A stretch of 64,000 nucleotides of DNA from contig CANQSF010000011.1 in assembly GCA_947626345.1 (NCBI GenBank), positions 3,050 through 67,049 on the forward strand, given 5' to 3'. Positions within the stretch are counted from its first letter, which is position 1; each line of letters begins with the position of its first letter. Positions 15,532-24,337 of this stretch are shown in pieces. The position numbers and the translations under genes were made by a program. Origin of the DNA: an uncultured Oscillospiraceae bacterium (lineage in GTDB: Bacteria; Bacillota; Clostridia; Oscillospirales; Oscillospiraceae). Below the pieces are notes generated by a model. That model did no database searches. It saw only the letters and a program-made list of their open reading frames with translations, and was not told the origin of the DNA.

Positions 15532-17127
15532 ATGAAAAAATATCTGCGAGCCAACGGCGCCCGTTACGCGGGGGCCCTGGTCTTTATACTCCTCAGCACG
15601 GCCTTCGCGGTGGTGCTGCAGTTTTTCAAGGGCGATGTGCTGGACTACGCCATCGCCGGGGAGGCGGCCGCGACGGCGCGGTACGCGCTGCTGCTGATCG
15701 GGTCCATCCTGGGGGAGGTGCTGTTTTATTACGGCTACCGGCGCATGAGCGACCGGTTCGCCGTGGGGTGCCTGAAGATGCTCAAGCGGGACATCTTCGC
15801 GGGCATCCTCCGGCTGGACTGGGCCGCCTATCAGACCCAGCAGCAGGGAGCGCTGGTGGCGAAATACAGCGCCGAGGCCGACACGATCCGCGCCCGCTGG
15901 TTTCAGATGCTGCCCCTGTTCTGGGAGATCGTGCTGAAGATCGTCTTCGTCAGCGCCGCCCTGTTCGCTCTGGACTGGCGGATCGCCCTCGTCACCATCC
16001 TGCTTCTGACCACACCGCTGTACGTCCCCAAGCTCATCGAAAAACGCCTGCAGCGGGCCACGGACGCCTACTTCCAGGCGGTGGAGGAGGATCTGGCCCG
16101 GGTGAACGACTGGCTGCGGGGCTTTGAGATCATCAAGAACTTCTCCGTCGAGGGGCAGATCCTCGCCCGGTTCGACAGCTCCAACAGCCAGGTCATGGAC
16201 AGGCTCCTGCGGGACACCAGCCTGGGGGCGGCGGCGCAGCTGATCACCACGCTGATCTCCTATCTGTCATATTTCATCGTGCTGGCCGCGGCCGCGTGGC
16301 TGGTGCTGGCAGGGGAGTTCTCGGCGGGGGACTTTTTCGTCGCCATCGGCATGATCGACCAGCTGTCCTATCCCCTCATCTCCCTGGCGGAGACCATCCG
16401 CCAGCTCATCGCCATCCGGCCGACCTGCGCGTCGATGGAACGGTTCATCGGCCAGGGGGCCGGCGACGGGGCGGAAAAGCCCCTTCTCCGGGTGGAGAGG
16501 GCCATCCGCTATGAGCACGTCACCTTCGGCTATACCGCCGACCGGCCGCTCCTGCGCCGGTTCGACTTCACGGCGGAGATGGGCAAAAAGTATCTGATCA
16601 AGGGGCCCAGCGGCTGCGGCAAGACCACCGCCGTCGATCTGCTCCTGCGCTATCACGACGTGACGGACGGCCGGATCACGGTGGACGGGGCGCCCCTGGA
16701 GGCGTATGATGCCACCTACGGGGCCGTCACCGTGGTGCGCCAGGAGGCGGTCCTGTTCCGGGACACGCTGCGCAGCAACCTGACCATGTACCGGGACATA
16801 GACGACGAAAGGCTCATAGAGGTGCTGAAAAAGGTGGGCCTGGAGCGGTTCGCCCACCGGAAGGCCCTGGACGGGCTCATCACGGAAAACGGCGCCAATC
16901 TCTCCGGCGGGGAGAAAAAGCGCATCTGTCTGGCCCGGGCGCTGCTGCGGGACACAGACGTGCTGATCCTGGACGAGCCGCTGGCCAATCTGGACGAGGA
17001 CACCGCGGGCCTGATCGAGCAGCTGCTGCTCGCCATCGACGGGAAGCTGCTGGTCGTGTCCCACCAGTTCACTCCGGAGCGGGTGGCCGCCTTCGACGGG
17101 GTGGTGGACCTGGGCCGGGAGAGATAG
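15532..17127 (+). CDS. ABC exporter, fused permease and ATPase
   Basis: 531 aa. N-terminal 6-TM domain, Walker A GPSGCGKTT, signature LSGGEKKR, Walker B VLILDEP. No N-terminal C39 peptidase domain. Confidence 0.9.
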   Translation: MKKYLRANGARYAGALVFILLSTAFAVVLQFFKGDVLDYAIAGEAAATARYALLLIGSILGEVLFYYGYRRMSDRFAVGCLKMLKRDIFAGILRLDWAAYQTQQQGALVAKYSAEADTIRARWFQMLPLFWEIVLKIVFVSAALFALDWRIALVTILLLTTPLYVPKLIEKRLQRATDAYFQAVEEDLARVNDWLRGFEIIKNFSVEGQILARFDSSNSQVMDRLLRDTSLGAAAQLITTLISYLSYFIVLAAAAWLVLAGEFSAGDFFVAIGMIDQLSYPLISLAETIRQLIAIRPTCASMERFIGQGAGDGAEKPLLRVERAIRYEHVTFGYTADRPLLRRFDFTAEMGKKYLIKGPSGCGKTTAVDLLLRYHDVTDGRITVDGAPLEAYDATYGAVTVVRQEAVLFRDTLRSNLTMYRDIDDERLIEVLKKVGLERFAHRKALDGLITENGANLSGGEKKRICLARALLRDTDVLILDEPLANLDEDTAGLIEQLLLAIDGKLLVVSHQFTPERVAAFDGVVDLGRER

Positions 17128-17142
17128 ACATCATACAAAATG

Positions 17143-17179
17143 CAGCACAGAGAGCATCTCTGCTCTCTGTGCTGTTTTG
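17143..17179 (+). terminator. Rho-independent terminator
   Basis: Stem CAGCACAGAGAG/CTCTCTGTGCTG followed by TTTT. Confidence 0.75.
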
Positions 17180-17225
17180 CTCCGGGCGCTGCGAAGCGAT
17201 CATCGTGGCATTTTCTCGAAAGCTC

Positions 17226-17273
17226 TTGACAAGAAAACTTGTCAGCGCTATAATGACGACAAGAAAACTTGGC
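17226..17273 (+). promoter_or_regulatory. Consensus promoter with two repeated operator-like sites
   Basis: TTGACA (17226-17231), 17 nt spacer, TATAAT (17249-17254). The perfect palindrome GACAAGAAAACTTGTC (17228-17243) overlaps the -35 and spacer. A second copy, GACAAGAAAACTTGGC, lies at 17258-17273, exactly 30 bp downstream. Confidence 0.65.
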
Positions 17274-17287
17274 GCAGAGACGGTCAT

Positions 17288-17617
17288 ATGAAAAAAGAGG
17301 AGATCTTGAAAGCGAGCCGCCAGGAGAATAAAAACAGGGATCTGGCCGAGATGGAGGTCATGTGTCAGGCGGGGACCTGCGCGGGGCGCGTGGGCGCGTT
17401 GGTGTGCTGCGTCGTTTCGCTGCTGTCTTCCACGCTTGCGCATACCATGCTCTATAGTCCGTGGGCGATATACTTCAGCATCATGACGACACAGTGGTCG
17501 GTCTGTTTCATCAGGATGCGGCGCGGGAGCGATCTGGTGTTGGCGGTCCTGTTTCTGATCCTTGCCGTTTTGGCTTTCGTGGGACTGATCGAGCGCCTCA
17601 TGAAGGTGAGAGCATGA
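17288..17617 (+). CDS. Small membrane protein (DUF6442-like) partnered with an XRE regulator
   Basis: Start MKKEEILKASRQENKNRDLAE, followed by 2-3 TM helices. Its stop overlaps the next ATG (ATGA). Confidence 0.65.
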   Translation: MKKEEILKASRQENKNRDLAEMEVMCQAGTCAGRVGALVCCVVSLLSSTLAHTMLYSPWAIYFSIMTTQWSVCFIRMRRGSDLVLAVLFLILAVLAFVGLIERLMKVRA

Positions 17618-17820
17618 ACGAAGGGCTGAAGCTGAAAAACCGGCTGAAGCAGGCGCGCACGGAAAAGGGGATGTCGCAGGCCCAGCTGGCGGAATTGGTG
17701 GGCGTATCGAGAAATACCATCAGCTCCATCGAAACGGGACAGTTCAATCCCACCGCCAAGCTGGCCCTGGTGCTCTGCATCGCGCTGGACAGGAAATTTG
17801 AAGAGCTGTTTTACTTCTGA
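17614..17820 (+). CDS. XRE-family helix-turn-helix transcriptional regulator
   Basis: 68 aa. The HTH is LKQARTEKGMSQAQLAELVGVSRNTISSIETGQFNP. Confidence 0.9.
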   Translation: MNEGLKLKNRLKQARTEKGMSQAQLAELVGVSRNTISSIETGQFNPTAKLALVLCIALDRKFEELFYF

Positions 17821-17829
17821 TCGGGGGGC

Positions 17830-17879
17830 AGATACGGTGCGGCGCCATTTTTGGCGCTGCACCGTATCTTATGCTTTTT
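17830..17879. terminator. Bidirectional terminator (XRE / TauE convergent)
   Basis: 17-bp stem AGATACGGTGCGGCGCC/GGCGCTGCACCGTATCT with one G-T pair, followed by TATGCTTTTT. Confidence 0.75.
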
Positions 17880-17899
17880 GCCGGGACGCGGGCCCGGGC

Positions 17900-18682
17900 T
17901 CAGGCGGTATACTGGCGGATGTTGTACAGGCAGATGCAGATGATCACGGCCATCAGGCAGATGAACAGCTTGTCCACCGCCGCGCCGTCCATGCGCTTGT
18001 TGAGGCTCCGGCCGGCGATGCCGCCGCCGATGCCCCCGGCGATCATCAGCGCCAGCGCCGGCCACTGAAAGACGGGGACGGCGCCGGTGAGCAGGGTCAC
18101 CAGAAGGCTGGCCAGCTGGCTGAAAAAGATGATGGAGAGGCTGCTGGCGGCGGCGGTCTTCGTGTCCATGCTGAAAAAGTAAAACAGCATCACCAGGTTG
18201 ATGGGCCCGCCGCCGATGCCCAGGAAGCTGCTCATCAGCCCCAGGGCCAGGCCGATGAGGGCGCTGAGGACGGGGCTGCGCACCTGCAGCGTGTGGATGC
18301 GGGCCTTTTTGACGGTATACAGGAGCGTGCCCAGGGTGATGAGGGCCAGGCACACCGCCTGGATGGCGCTGACCGTCTCCGGCCGGGCGGCGGCGCTCTT
18401 CACCAGGGAGAACAGCTGGTTCCCGGCCAGACCGCCGATCACCGCCCCCGCGATCAGGGGCGCGCCGGTGCGGCCGTCCAGATGGCGCTCGCCGGCGATG
18501 CGGGAGCGGATCACGGAGAAGGCGCTCATGGACAGCACCGTGCACCCGGACAAAAACTGGATGGCGGACACCGTCTCCAAGTGGAGCAGGTCCAGCACCG
18601 GCTTGATGATCACGCCACCGCCGATGCCGCAGATCGCCCCCACCACGCTGGCCAGAAAGGCCACCAGGAAAAACAGGATCAT
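17900..18682 (-). CDS. TauE/SafE-family anion exporter
   Basis: Start MILFFLV at residue 86 of the track ORF. 261 aa, two GIGGG-containing repeats and about 8 TM. Its ATG overlaps the upstream stop codon (ATGA). Confidence 0.85.
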   Translation of the reverse strand: MILFFLVAFLASVVGAICGIGGGVIIKPVLDLLHLETVSAIQFLSGCTVLSMSAFSVIRSRIAGERHLDGRTGAPLIAGAVIGGLAGNQLFSLVKSAAARPETVSAIQAVCLALITLGTLLYTVKKARIHTLQVRSPVLSALIGLALGLMSSFLGIGGGPINLVMLFYFFSMDTKTAAASSLSIIFFSQLASLLVTLLTGAVPVFQWPALALMIAGGIGGGIAGRSLNKRMDGAAVDKLFICLMAVIICICLYNIRQYTA

Positions 18683-19524
18683 GACGCCAGCGCTCCCAGG
18701 TACAGCCGGATGATCTCCAGATACTCCTCCGGATAAAAGCCGATCTGGCCGGTGAACCGGGTCAGGGCGATGAGCCCGCCGTCGATCTCGCCGATGGAGG
18801 CCAGCATGGCGGCGTTGTCGGCCTTCAGGCCGCCGCCGTAGACCACGTCCATGCCGCCGGTGCGCTCTTTGACGAACCGGGCGATCTTCTGGATGTACGG
18901 CCCGTCTGCCGGGGTCTTGCCCGGGCCGATGGACCACACCGGCTCATAGCCGATGACCACCCGGCTCTTGTCCACCCCGGCCAGGCCCACGTCCAGCTGC
19001 CGGCCCAGGACGGCCTCCCAGTCCGGCTGCTCCTCGCTGGTCTCCCCGATGCAGTACAGCACGGAAAGGCCCTGGTCCAAGGCGCATTTGATCTCCTGGT
19101 TGAGGAGCCGGTCCACCGCGGCCATATCGGCGCAGCCGCCCTCGGCCAGCACGCCCTTTTTGTCGTTGCGCTCCTCGCAGTGGCCGATGAGGGTGCTCTC
19201 GCAGCCCATGGCCTTCACGATGGAGGCGGGCCTGTTGGTGGTGAAGGCACCGAAGTTGCCGCCGGGGGCGGTGTTCATCCGGTAGACCCCCTGGCTGCCC
19301 AGCTTCACGGGGCTGTCCGGGCACCGGGCAGCCGCAGCGGCGAGCAGATGGGCCTCCGGCAGGTACTGGACGAACTCCACCTGGGCGGGATCATACTGCT
19401 TCAGCCCCTCCTGGGTGGCCTTCACGATGGCCGCGCCCCAGTCCGCCACCGGGGCCAGCCGGTTCACGCCGCCGTACTCCGCCGGCACGTCGAACCGCTT
19501 CAGATTCAAATAGATGTGCTTCAT
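18679..19524 (-). CDS. Triose-phosphate-isomerase-family protein (divergent paralog)
   Basis: 281 aa. The catalytic-position motifs LNLKRF (N..K), IGHCEERN (His/Glu) and GYEPVWSIGPG (Glu) are retained but deviate from the canonical GHSERR / YEPVWAIGTG. Confidence 0.8.
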   Translation of the reverse strand: MKHIYLNLKRFDVPAEYGGVNRLAPVADWGAAIVKATQEGLKQYDPAQVEFVQYLPEAHLLAAAAARCPDSPVKLGSQGVYRMNTAPGGNFGAFTTNRPASIVKAMGCESTLIGHCEERNDKKGVLAEGGCADMAAVDRLLNQEIKCALDQGLSVLYCIGETSEEQPDWEAVLGRQLDVGLAGVDKSRVVIGYEPVWSIGPGKTPADGPYIQKIARFVKERTGGMDVVYGGGLKADNAAMLASIGEIDGGLIALTRFTGQIGFYPEEYLEIIRLYLGALAS

Positions 19525-19528
19525 ATCC

Positions 19529-20689
19529 TCACCTCAAAATGGCATATTGGGGCAGCTCCCCGCCGATCAGGGACAGGGCGTAGTCGAAAAAGGCGTCTGC
19601 CACGCGGTTGCCGTCCTGGACCCACTCCAGGGGGAAGGTCTTCTCCGCGTTGGCCACCTCCGCCAGGGGCACCAGCTCCATGGAGCTGGAATACACCGGC
19701 GTCCGCTCCGCCCGGATGGAGACCATATATCCGCTCTCGCCCCGCAGGGCCGCGTTCACCGCGTACCGCCCGGCGGCGTATGCCTCCTCCCGGTCCACGG
19801 GAGAGGCGTAGGGGATGGCTGCCCGGCCCAGCAGGCCCGGCTTCTCCGCCCGGGACTTGATGTGCAGCTTTTGGATGATGGCGTCCGTCACGTGCTGGGC
19901 GGTTCCGCCGGGGATGACGTGGCCGAAGCCGTCCACGATGCCGGTGTCCGCCAGGGGCTTTCCGTCCAGACCCCGCAGCCCCTCGCTGACGGTGACGAGA
20001 AGGCCCTGGCCCTTGGCCCAGGCGGACTCGATGTCCGAGAGCATCTTGTCCTCGTCCACAGGCAGCTCCGGCAAATAGGTGAGCACCTGGCAGTTGGTTA
20101 GCCGCGCCGCCATGGCGCTGGCGGCGGTGACCCAGCCGGCGTTGCGGCCCATGTACTCGGTCACCACCACGTGGATGGGCAGGCCGGAGGCGTCCAGGGC
20201 CAGCTCCGAGGCGCTGATGGCGGCGAACCGGGCCGCCGAGCCGAAGCCGGGGCAGTGGTCGGTGAGGACCAGGTCGTTGTCCATGGTCTTGGGGATGCCC
20301 ATGACCCGCAGGTCCAGGCCCTCCCGCTTGGCCAGCTCGCTCACCTTGTGGCAGGTGTCCATGGAGTCGTTGCCGCCGTTATAGAAAAACGCGCCGATGC
20401 CGAACTTCTTCAGTGTCTCCAGCACGGTGGGGTAGTCCGCGTCGGTGAGCTTGCGCCGGCAGGAGCCGATGGCGGAGGCAGGGGTGCGCCCCAGGCGGGC
20501 GATGGTGCCTGCCGGCACGTCCGTCAGGTCGATGAGATCCCCAGTCAGGATGCCCTCCGCCCCGAACCGGGCGGCATAGATCTTGTCCACCCTACCGCTG
20601 GACCGGGCGGCCTCCACCGCCCCCTGCAGGGAGCAATTGATCACCGCCGTGGGGCCGCCGCCGTGGGCGATGAGGATGTTCATGCCCAT
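19529..20689 (-). CDS. Phosphofructokinase-family (PfkA-type) sugar-phosphate kinase
   Basis: 386 aa. Motifs GGGPTAVIN, GGNDS, PKTMDNDL and MGRNAGW. The start lies 1 nt after the aldolase stop. Confidence 0.8.
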   Translation of the reverse strand: MGMNILIAHGGGPTAVINCSLQGAVEAARSSGRVDKIYAARFGAEGILTGDLIDLTDVPAGTIARLGRTPASAIGSCRRKLTDADYPTVLETLKKFGIGAFFYNGGNDSMDTCHKVSELAKREGLDLRVMGIPKTMDNDLVLTDHCPGFGSAARFAAISASELALDASGLPIHVVVTEYMGRNAGWVTAASAMAARLTNCQVLTYLPELPVDEDKMLSDIESAWAKGQGLLVTVSEGLRGLDGKPLADTGIVDGFGHVIPGGTAQHVTDAIIQKLHIKSRAEKPGLLGRAAIPYASPVDREEAYAAGRYAVNAALRGESGYMVSIRAERTPVYSSSMELVPLAEVANAEKTFPLEWVQDGNRVADAFFDYALSLIGGELPQYAILR

Positions 20690-20690
20690 G

Positions 20691-21848
20691 TCAGATCCCC
20701 TTCCTGCGGTAGCGCTCCGCCATCTCGTCCAGGGTGACCGGCTCGATCAGCGGGGCCTTGCCCACGGAGTCGAACTCCACGATGAGGGTGCCCACGACCT
20801 CCTTCACGCCCCGCTCGATGCAGTCCACGATCCGGGCCACGTCCTCGTTGGGGACGGTGCCGTACATCACTGTGTCCATGATGGGCGGGAAGAACACCCG
20901 GGGATCGAAGGCGGCGGGGTTGGCCAGCAGCAGCTCATAGATGGGGCCGATGGAGGCGCTGGAGCGCAGGGCCGGCTCGTCCCGGAAAAGCTCCCGCAGG
21001 TTGCGGGTCACCGCCAGGCGGATGTCCGTGTCCACGTTGATCTTGCGGATGCCCAGCTTGGAGACCTCCTTCAGCTGCTCCTTCTTGATGCCGTAGGCGT
21101 CGTGGATGTCCCCGCCCAGGGCGTTGATCTCCGCGACGATGTACTGGGGCACGGTGGAGGAGCCGTGGCTGACCAGGGTGCCCTCGATGCCGGCGTGCAT
21201 CATGCACTCCTTGGTGGCGATGGCGATCTCTTTGCGTATCACCGTGTCCTTTCCCTTGTTGGCCCCGTGCTTGGTGCCGTAGCTGATGGCCAGGGCGTCC
21301 ACGCCGGTCCTGCGGAAGAACTCCACCGCGTCCAGGGGGTTGGTGTAGGTGCTGTTGGCGGCGAACACGTGATCCTCCACGCCGGCCAGGACCCCCAGCT
21401 CGCCCTCCACGGTGACGCCCCGCTCATGGGCGTACTTCACCACCTCCCGGGTCAGCTCCACGTTCTCGTCGAAGGGCAGGCTGGAGCCGTCGATCATCAC
21501 GGAGGTGTAGCCCCCGGCGATGGCCGCCTGGCAGGCGTCGAAGGTCTTGCCGTGGTCCAGGTGCAGGGCCACGGGGATGGGGCTGTCCACGGCGTACTTT
21601 TTCACGGCGTTGGCGATGTTCACCGCGCCCTTTTTCTTGTCCTCCAGGGTGCCGTTGGCGAAGTCCGTCCGGCCGCCCATGAAGGCGTTGGCCAGGTCCG
21701 CCCCCTGCAATATGGCGGCGGAGCGGAACATCTCGTGCACCTCGATGACGGCTTTTGCCTGGCAGACGGCGTTGACGTTGAACGCCCCCTGGGCGTAATT
21801 ATACTTCTCGGTGGCGTCCAAAATGGCTTTCATAGGTACCAGGGGCAT
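20691..21848 (-). CDS. Class II ketose-bisphosphate aldolase (long FbaA-like form)
   Basis: 385 aa. Motifs LHLDHG, SVMIDGS, EGELG and SHGSS. Confidence 0.85.
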   Translation of the reverse strand: MPLVPMKAILDATEKYNYAQGAFNVNAVCQAKAVIEVHEMFRSAAILQGADLANAFMGGRTDFANGTLEDKKKGAVNIANAVKKYAVDSPIPVALHLDHGKTFDACQAAIAGGYTSVMIDGSSLPFDENVELTREVVKYAHERGVTVEGELGVLAGVEDHVFAANSTYTNPLDAVEFFRRTGVDALAISYGTKHGANKGKDTVIRKEIAIATKECMMHAGIEGTLVSHGSSTVPQYIVAEINALGGDIHDAYGIKKEQLKEVSKLGIRKINVDTDIRLAVTRNLRELFRDEPALRSSASIGPIYELLLANPAAFDPRVFFPPIMDTVMYGTVPNEDVARIVDCIERGVKEVVGTLIVEFDSVGKAPLIEPVTLDEMAERYRRKGI

Positions 21849-21911
21849 GGTGATATCCTCCTTGATCGATCCCGCCGCGCCGTTGGCGCATTGTCAAATT
21901 TTCACAAACCT

Positions 21912-21940
21912 ATCATACCCTGCCGGGGAGGAAAAAGCAA
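21912..21940 (-). promoter_or_regulatory. Promoter of the aldolase-kinase-isomerase-TauE operon
   Basis: Minus strand TTGCTT (21940-21935), 17 nt spacer, TATGAT (21917-21912). Confidence 0.5.
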
Positions 21941-21986
21941 GGGCCCGCTCCCGGAGCGGGGAAAATCTTTTCCGCCGGACAGGGAA

Positions 21987-22017
21987 GGACCGCCGCGCAA
22001 AAGCTGTGCGGCGGTCC
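21987..22017 (-). terminator. Terminator-like hairpin after the B12 operon
   Basis: 10-12-bp stem GGACCGCCGC(A/G)C with a weak T tract. A second small hairpin lies at 21944-21960 and is followed by CCCTTGCTTTTT. Confidence 0.45.
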
Positions 22018-22030
22018 CGGGATATCCCGT

Positions 22031-22552
22031 TCAGCGGTAGTTGCGGCTTTGGTAGGGGATCTCGTCCACCCCGGCCAGCATGTTCAGCTTCAGCGCCAGC
22101 TGGAAGAAGTAGCCGCTGAGCAGGTTGGCCCCGTCGAGAAGGCCGTCGGGCGCCTCTCGGCCCTGGTGGAGGTGGCGGTAGATGAGCCGCACCAGCTCCT
22201 TGGCCCGCACCCGCAGCACATGGGCGGTGCAGGCCGCCTGGCAGCCCTGGGTGAGCACGAACAGTTCACACCGGCCGGTGCACTCCGCCGTCAGCCGCTC
22301 CACCGCTGCCCGCAGCCGGGCGATCTCCACGTCCGTCACGGAGAAGAAGGTGCGCAGGGTGGGGTTCATGTGGTAGATGAGCTCACAGATCCACAATAGC
22401 TCCTCCCGCAGGGCCTCATCCTCCACCTGGGCGCGCAGCAGGCCGGTGAGGCTGGCCATGCCGTCGGTGATTAGCTCAAAGTCGCACCGCAGATCATCGC
22501 TTGCGTCGCACAAAAAGGGGTATGCCTCATAGGGGCTGCGGTAAAGGTCCAT
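22031..22552 (-). CDS. PduO-type cobalamin-adenosyltransferase-like protein lacking the N-terminal ATP motif
   Basis: Start MDLYRS with a GGGAG RBS. 173 aa. The helical-bundle pattern VTDVEIARLRAAVERL ... FVLTQGCQAACTAHVLRVRAKELVR ... NLLSGYFFQLAL parallels the Cob_adeno_trans fold. No T(K/R)xGDxGxT segment is present. Confidence 0.5.
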   Translation of the reverse strand: MDLYRSPYEAYPFLCDASDDLRCDFELITDGMASLTGLLRAQVEDEALREELLWICELIYHMNPTLRTFFSVTDVEIARLRAAVERLTAECTGRCELFVLTQGCQAACTAHVLRVRAKELVRLIYRHLHQGREAPDGLLDGANLLSGYFFQLALKLNMLAGVDEIPYQSRNYR

Positions 22553-22557
22553 ATCGT

Positions 22558-23313
22558 TCACTCCCATCGTCTCAAGGCGGCCCGCATATATCCGGCCACG
22601 TCCATGTCGTATACCTGGGCCAGCGTCTGCCGGTCCAGGACGTCCGCCGGGCCCAGATACCGGATCCGGCCGTCCTGCAGCAGTAGCGCGCTGTCGGCGA
22701 AGGCCAGGGCCAGGGAGATGTCGTGAAACACCCCCATGGCGCACCGGCCGGGCCGGGCCGTCCAGGCGCGCAGGCTCTCCGTCAGCTCCAGCTGGTACTT
22801 CAGGTCCAGGTGGTTGGTGGGCTCGTCCAGCAGTATCACCGCCGGGTCCTGGGCGAAGGCCCGGGCCAGGAACACCCGCTGCAGCTGTCCGCCGGACAGC
22901 TCCGTCACCGGCCGGTCCCGGTGCTCCCACAGGCCCACCCGCTCCAGGCTCTCCCGCACGGCGGCCCGGTCCGCCTCGCTGTCCCGGTCCAGCAGCCCGC
23001 CCTTCCGGTGGGGATACCGGCCCAGCATCACCGTCTCATAGACCGTGTAGGAGAAGTACACCGGCGACAGCTGGCTCATCAGCGCTACCCGCCGGGCCAG
23101 CTCCCGCCGGGGCAGGGCGGCGGCGTCCGTGCCGTCCAGCAGTACCTGCCCCCGCCGGGGCAGCAGCCCCGCCACGGCCCGCAGAAGGGTGGTCTTGCCG
23201 CTGCCGTTGGGACCCAGCACGCACAGCTTTTCCCCCTCCCGCAGGGCGAAGGACACGCCCTGCACCACGTCGGGCCCGCCGTAGCCGCAGCGCAGGTCCT
23301 TGACTTTGAGCAT
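22558..23313 (-). CDS. ABC ATP-binding protein, BtuD/FepC type
   Basis: 251 aa. Walker A GPNGSGKTT, signature LSGGQLQR, Walker B ILLDEPTNHLD. The start shares 1 nt with the permease stop (TGATG). Confidence 0.9.
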   Translation of the reverse strand: MLKVKDLRCGYGGPDVVQGVSFALREGEKLCVLGPNGSGKTTLLRAVAGLLPRRGQVLLDGTDAAALPRRELARRVALMSQLSPVYFSYTVYETVMLGRYPHRKGGLLDRDSEADRAAVRESLERVGLWEHRDRPVTELSGGQLQRVFLARAFAQDPAVILLDEPTNHLDLKYQLELTESLRAWTARPGRCAMGVFHDISLALAFADSALLLQDGRIRYLGPADVLDRQTLAQVYDMDVAGYMRAALRRWE

Positions 23314-24323
23314 CACAGCCGCTCCCTCCTCCGTCCGGCGAAGTAGACATACAGGAAAAAGGGCGCGCCCAGCAGCGCGGTGATGGACCCGATGGGGATC
23401 TCCCGGGGCGGGGTCAGCGTCCGGGCCGCCAGGTCGCACAGCACCATGAACGTGCCGCCGATGAGGGCGCTGGCGGGCATGACCCGCCGGTGGGCCGCGC
23501 CGAAGAACCGCCGGGCCACGTGGGGGGCGATCAGGTCGATGAACCCGATGATGCCCACGAAGGCCACCGACGTGCCCGTGAGCAGGGCCACTGCCCCGAT
23601 GAGCCAGGCCCGGACCCGGGGCAGGTCCACCCCCATGGCCAGGGCCTGTTCCTGGCCGAAGGTCATCACGTCCAGGGCCCGGGCCCGGCAGCAGAAATAT
23701 GCCAGCCCCGCCGCCGTCACCGGCAGCAGCACCCACACCGCGCTCCACTCCCGCATGGAGAAGCTGCCCAGCTGCCACAGGTCGATCCGCTGGGCGTAGG
23801 CGGGGGACAGGGTGGCCAGCAGGTCCATCACCGCGTTGAAGAACAGGCTCGCCACCATGCCGATGAGCACGATGGTCACCCCGCCGCTGCCCCGGCCGAT
23901 GCGCCCGGAGACCCACAGCACCAGCGCCGTGGTCCCCAGCCCGAAGATAAGGCTCACGGCGGGCAGGATCACGTTTCCCATGGCCCCGGCGGCCAGGCCC
24001 GTAACGATCACGATGGCGGCCCCCAGGCCCGCCCCGGCGGACACCCCCAGCCCAAAGGGGGAGGCCAGGGGATTTTGCAGCACCGACTGCATCACCGTGC
24101 CCGAGGCGGCCAGAGCTGCCCCGGTGAGGAAGGCCAGCGCCACCCGGGGCAGGCGCATGTCCAGGACCATGGCCGGGTAGCCGGGGCCGATGTGCGGGGG
24201 CAGGGCCGTGCCCAGCAGCCGGTCCGCCAGGATGGCCAGGATGTCCCCGAGGGGGATGGACACGCTGCCCAGGGCCGTCCCCGCCATGATGGCCAGGACG
24301 GCCGCCAGGGCCAGCAGCGTCAT
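23313..24323 (-). CDS. FecCD-family permease, BtuC type
   Basis: 336 aa from MTLLALAAV. An alternative GTG start at 24341 would overlap the upstream stop. About 9-10 TM, with typical motifs MRLPRV and GAPFFLY. Confidence 0.85.
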   Translation of the reverse strand: MTLLALAAVLAIMAGTALGSVSIPLGDILAILADRLLGTALPPHIGPGYPAMVLDMRLPRVALAFLTGAALAASGTVMQSVLQNPLASPFGLGVSAGAGLGAAIVIVTGLAAGAMGNVILPAVSLIFGLGTTALVLWVSGRIGRGSGGVTIVLIGMVASLFFNAVMDLLATLSPAYAQRIDLWQLGSFSMREWSAVWVLLPVTAAGLAYFCCRARALDVMTFGQEQALAMGVDLPRVRAWLIGAVALLTGTSVAFVGIIGFIDLIAPHVARRFFGAAHRRVMPASALIGGTFMVLCDLAARTLTPPREIPIGSITALLGAPFFLYVYFAGRRRERL

Positions 24324-24337
24324 TTTTGCGCCGGTCT

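Noticed and set aside
15532-17127. The ABC exporter as the dedicated transporter of the double-glycine peptides.
   Set aside because: It has no N-terminal C39 peptidase domain, lies 14 kb away, is separated by unrelated operons, and has its own leader and terminator.
18679-21848. The aldolase-kinase-isomerase genes as the missing iolJ/iolC equivalents of the inositol cluster.
   Set aside because: IolC is a PfkB/ribokinase-family enzyme, not PfkA-type. The aldolase is about 100 aa longer than IolJ as I recall it. The operon lies 35 kb away with its own promoter, terminator and exporter. I cannot exclude the idea, but nothing in the sequence supports it.
21868-21905. TGTGAAAATTTGACA in the aldolase-operon leader, considered as a cre or CRP-like site.
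   Set aside because: It lacks the central CG and the symmetric half-site of the cre consensus, and it is not a TGTGA-N6-TCACA palindrome.
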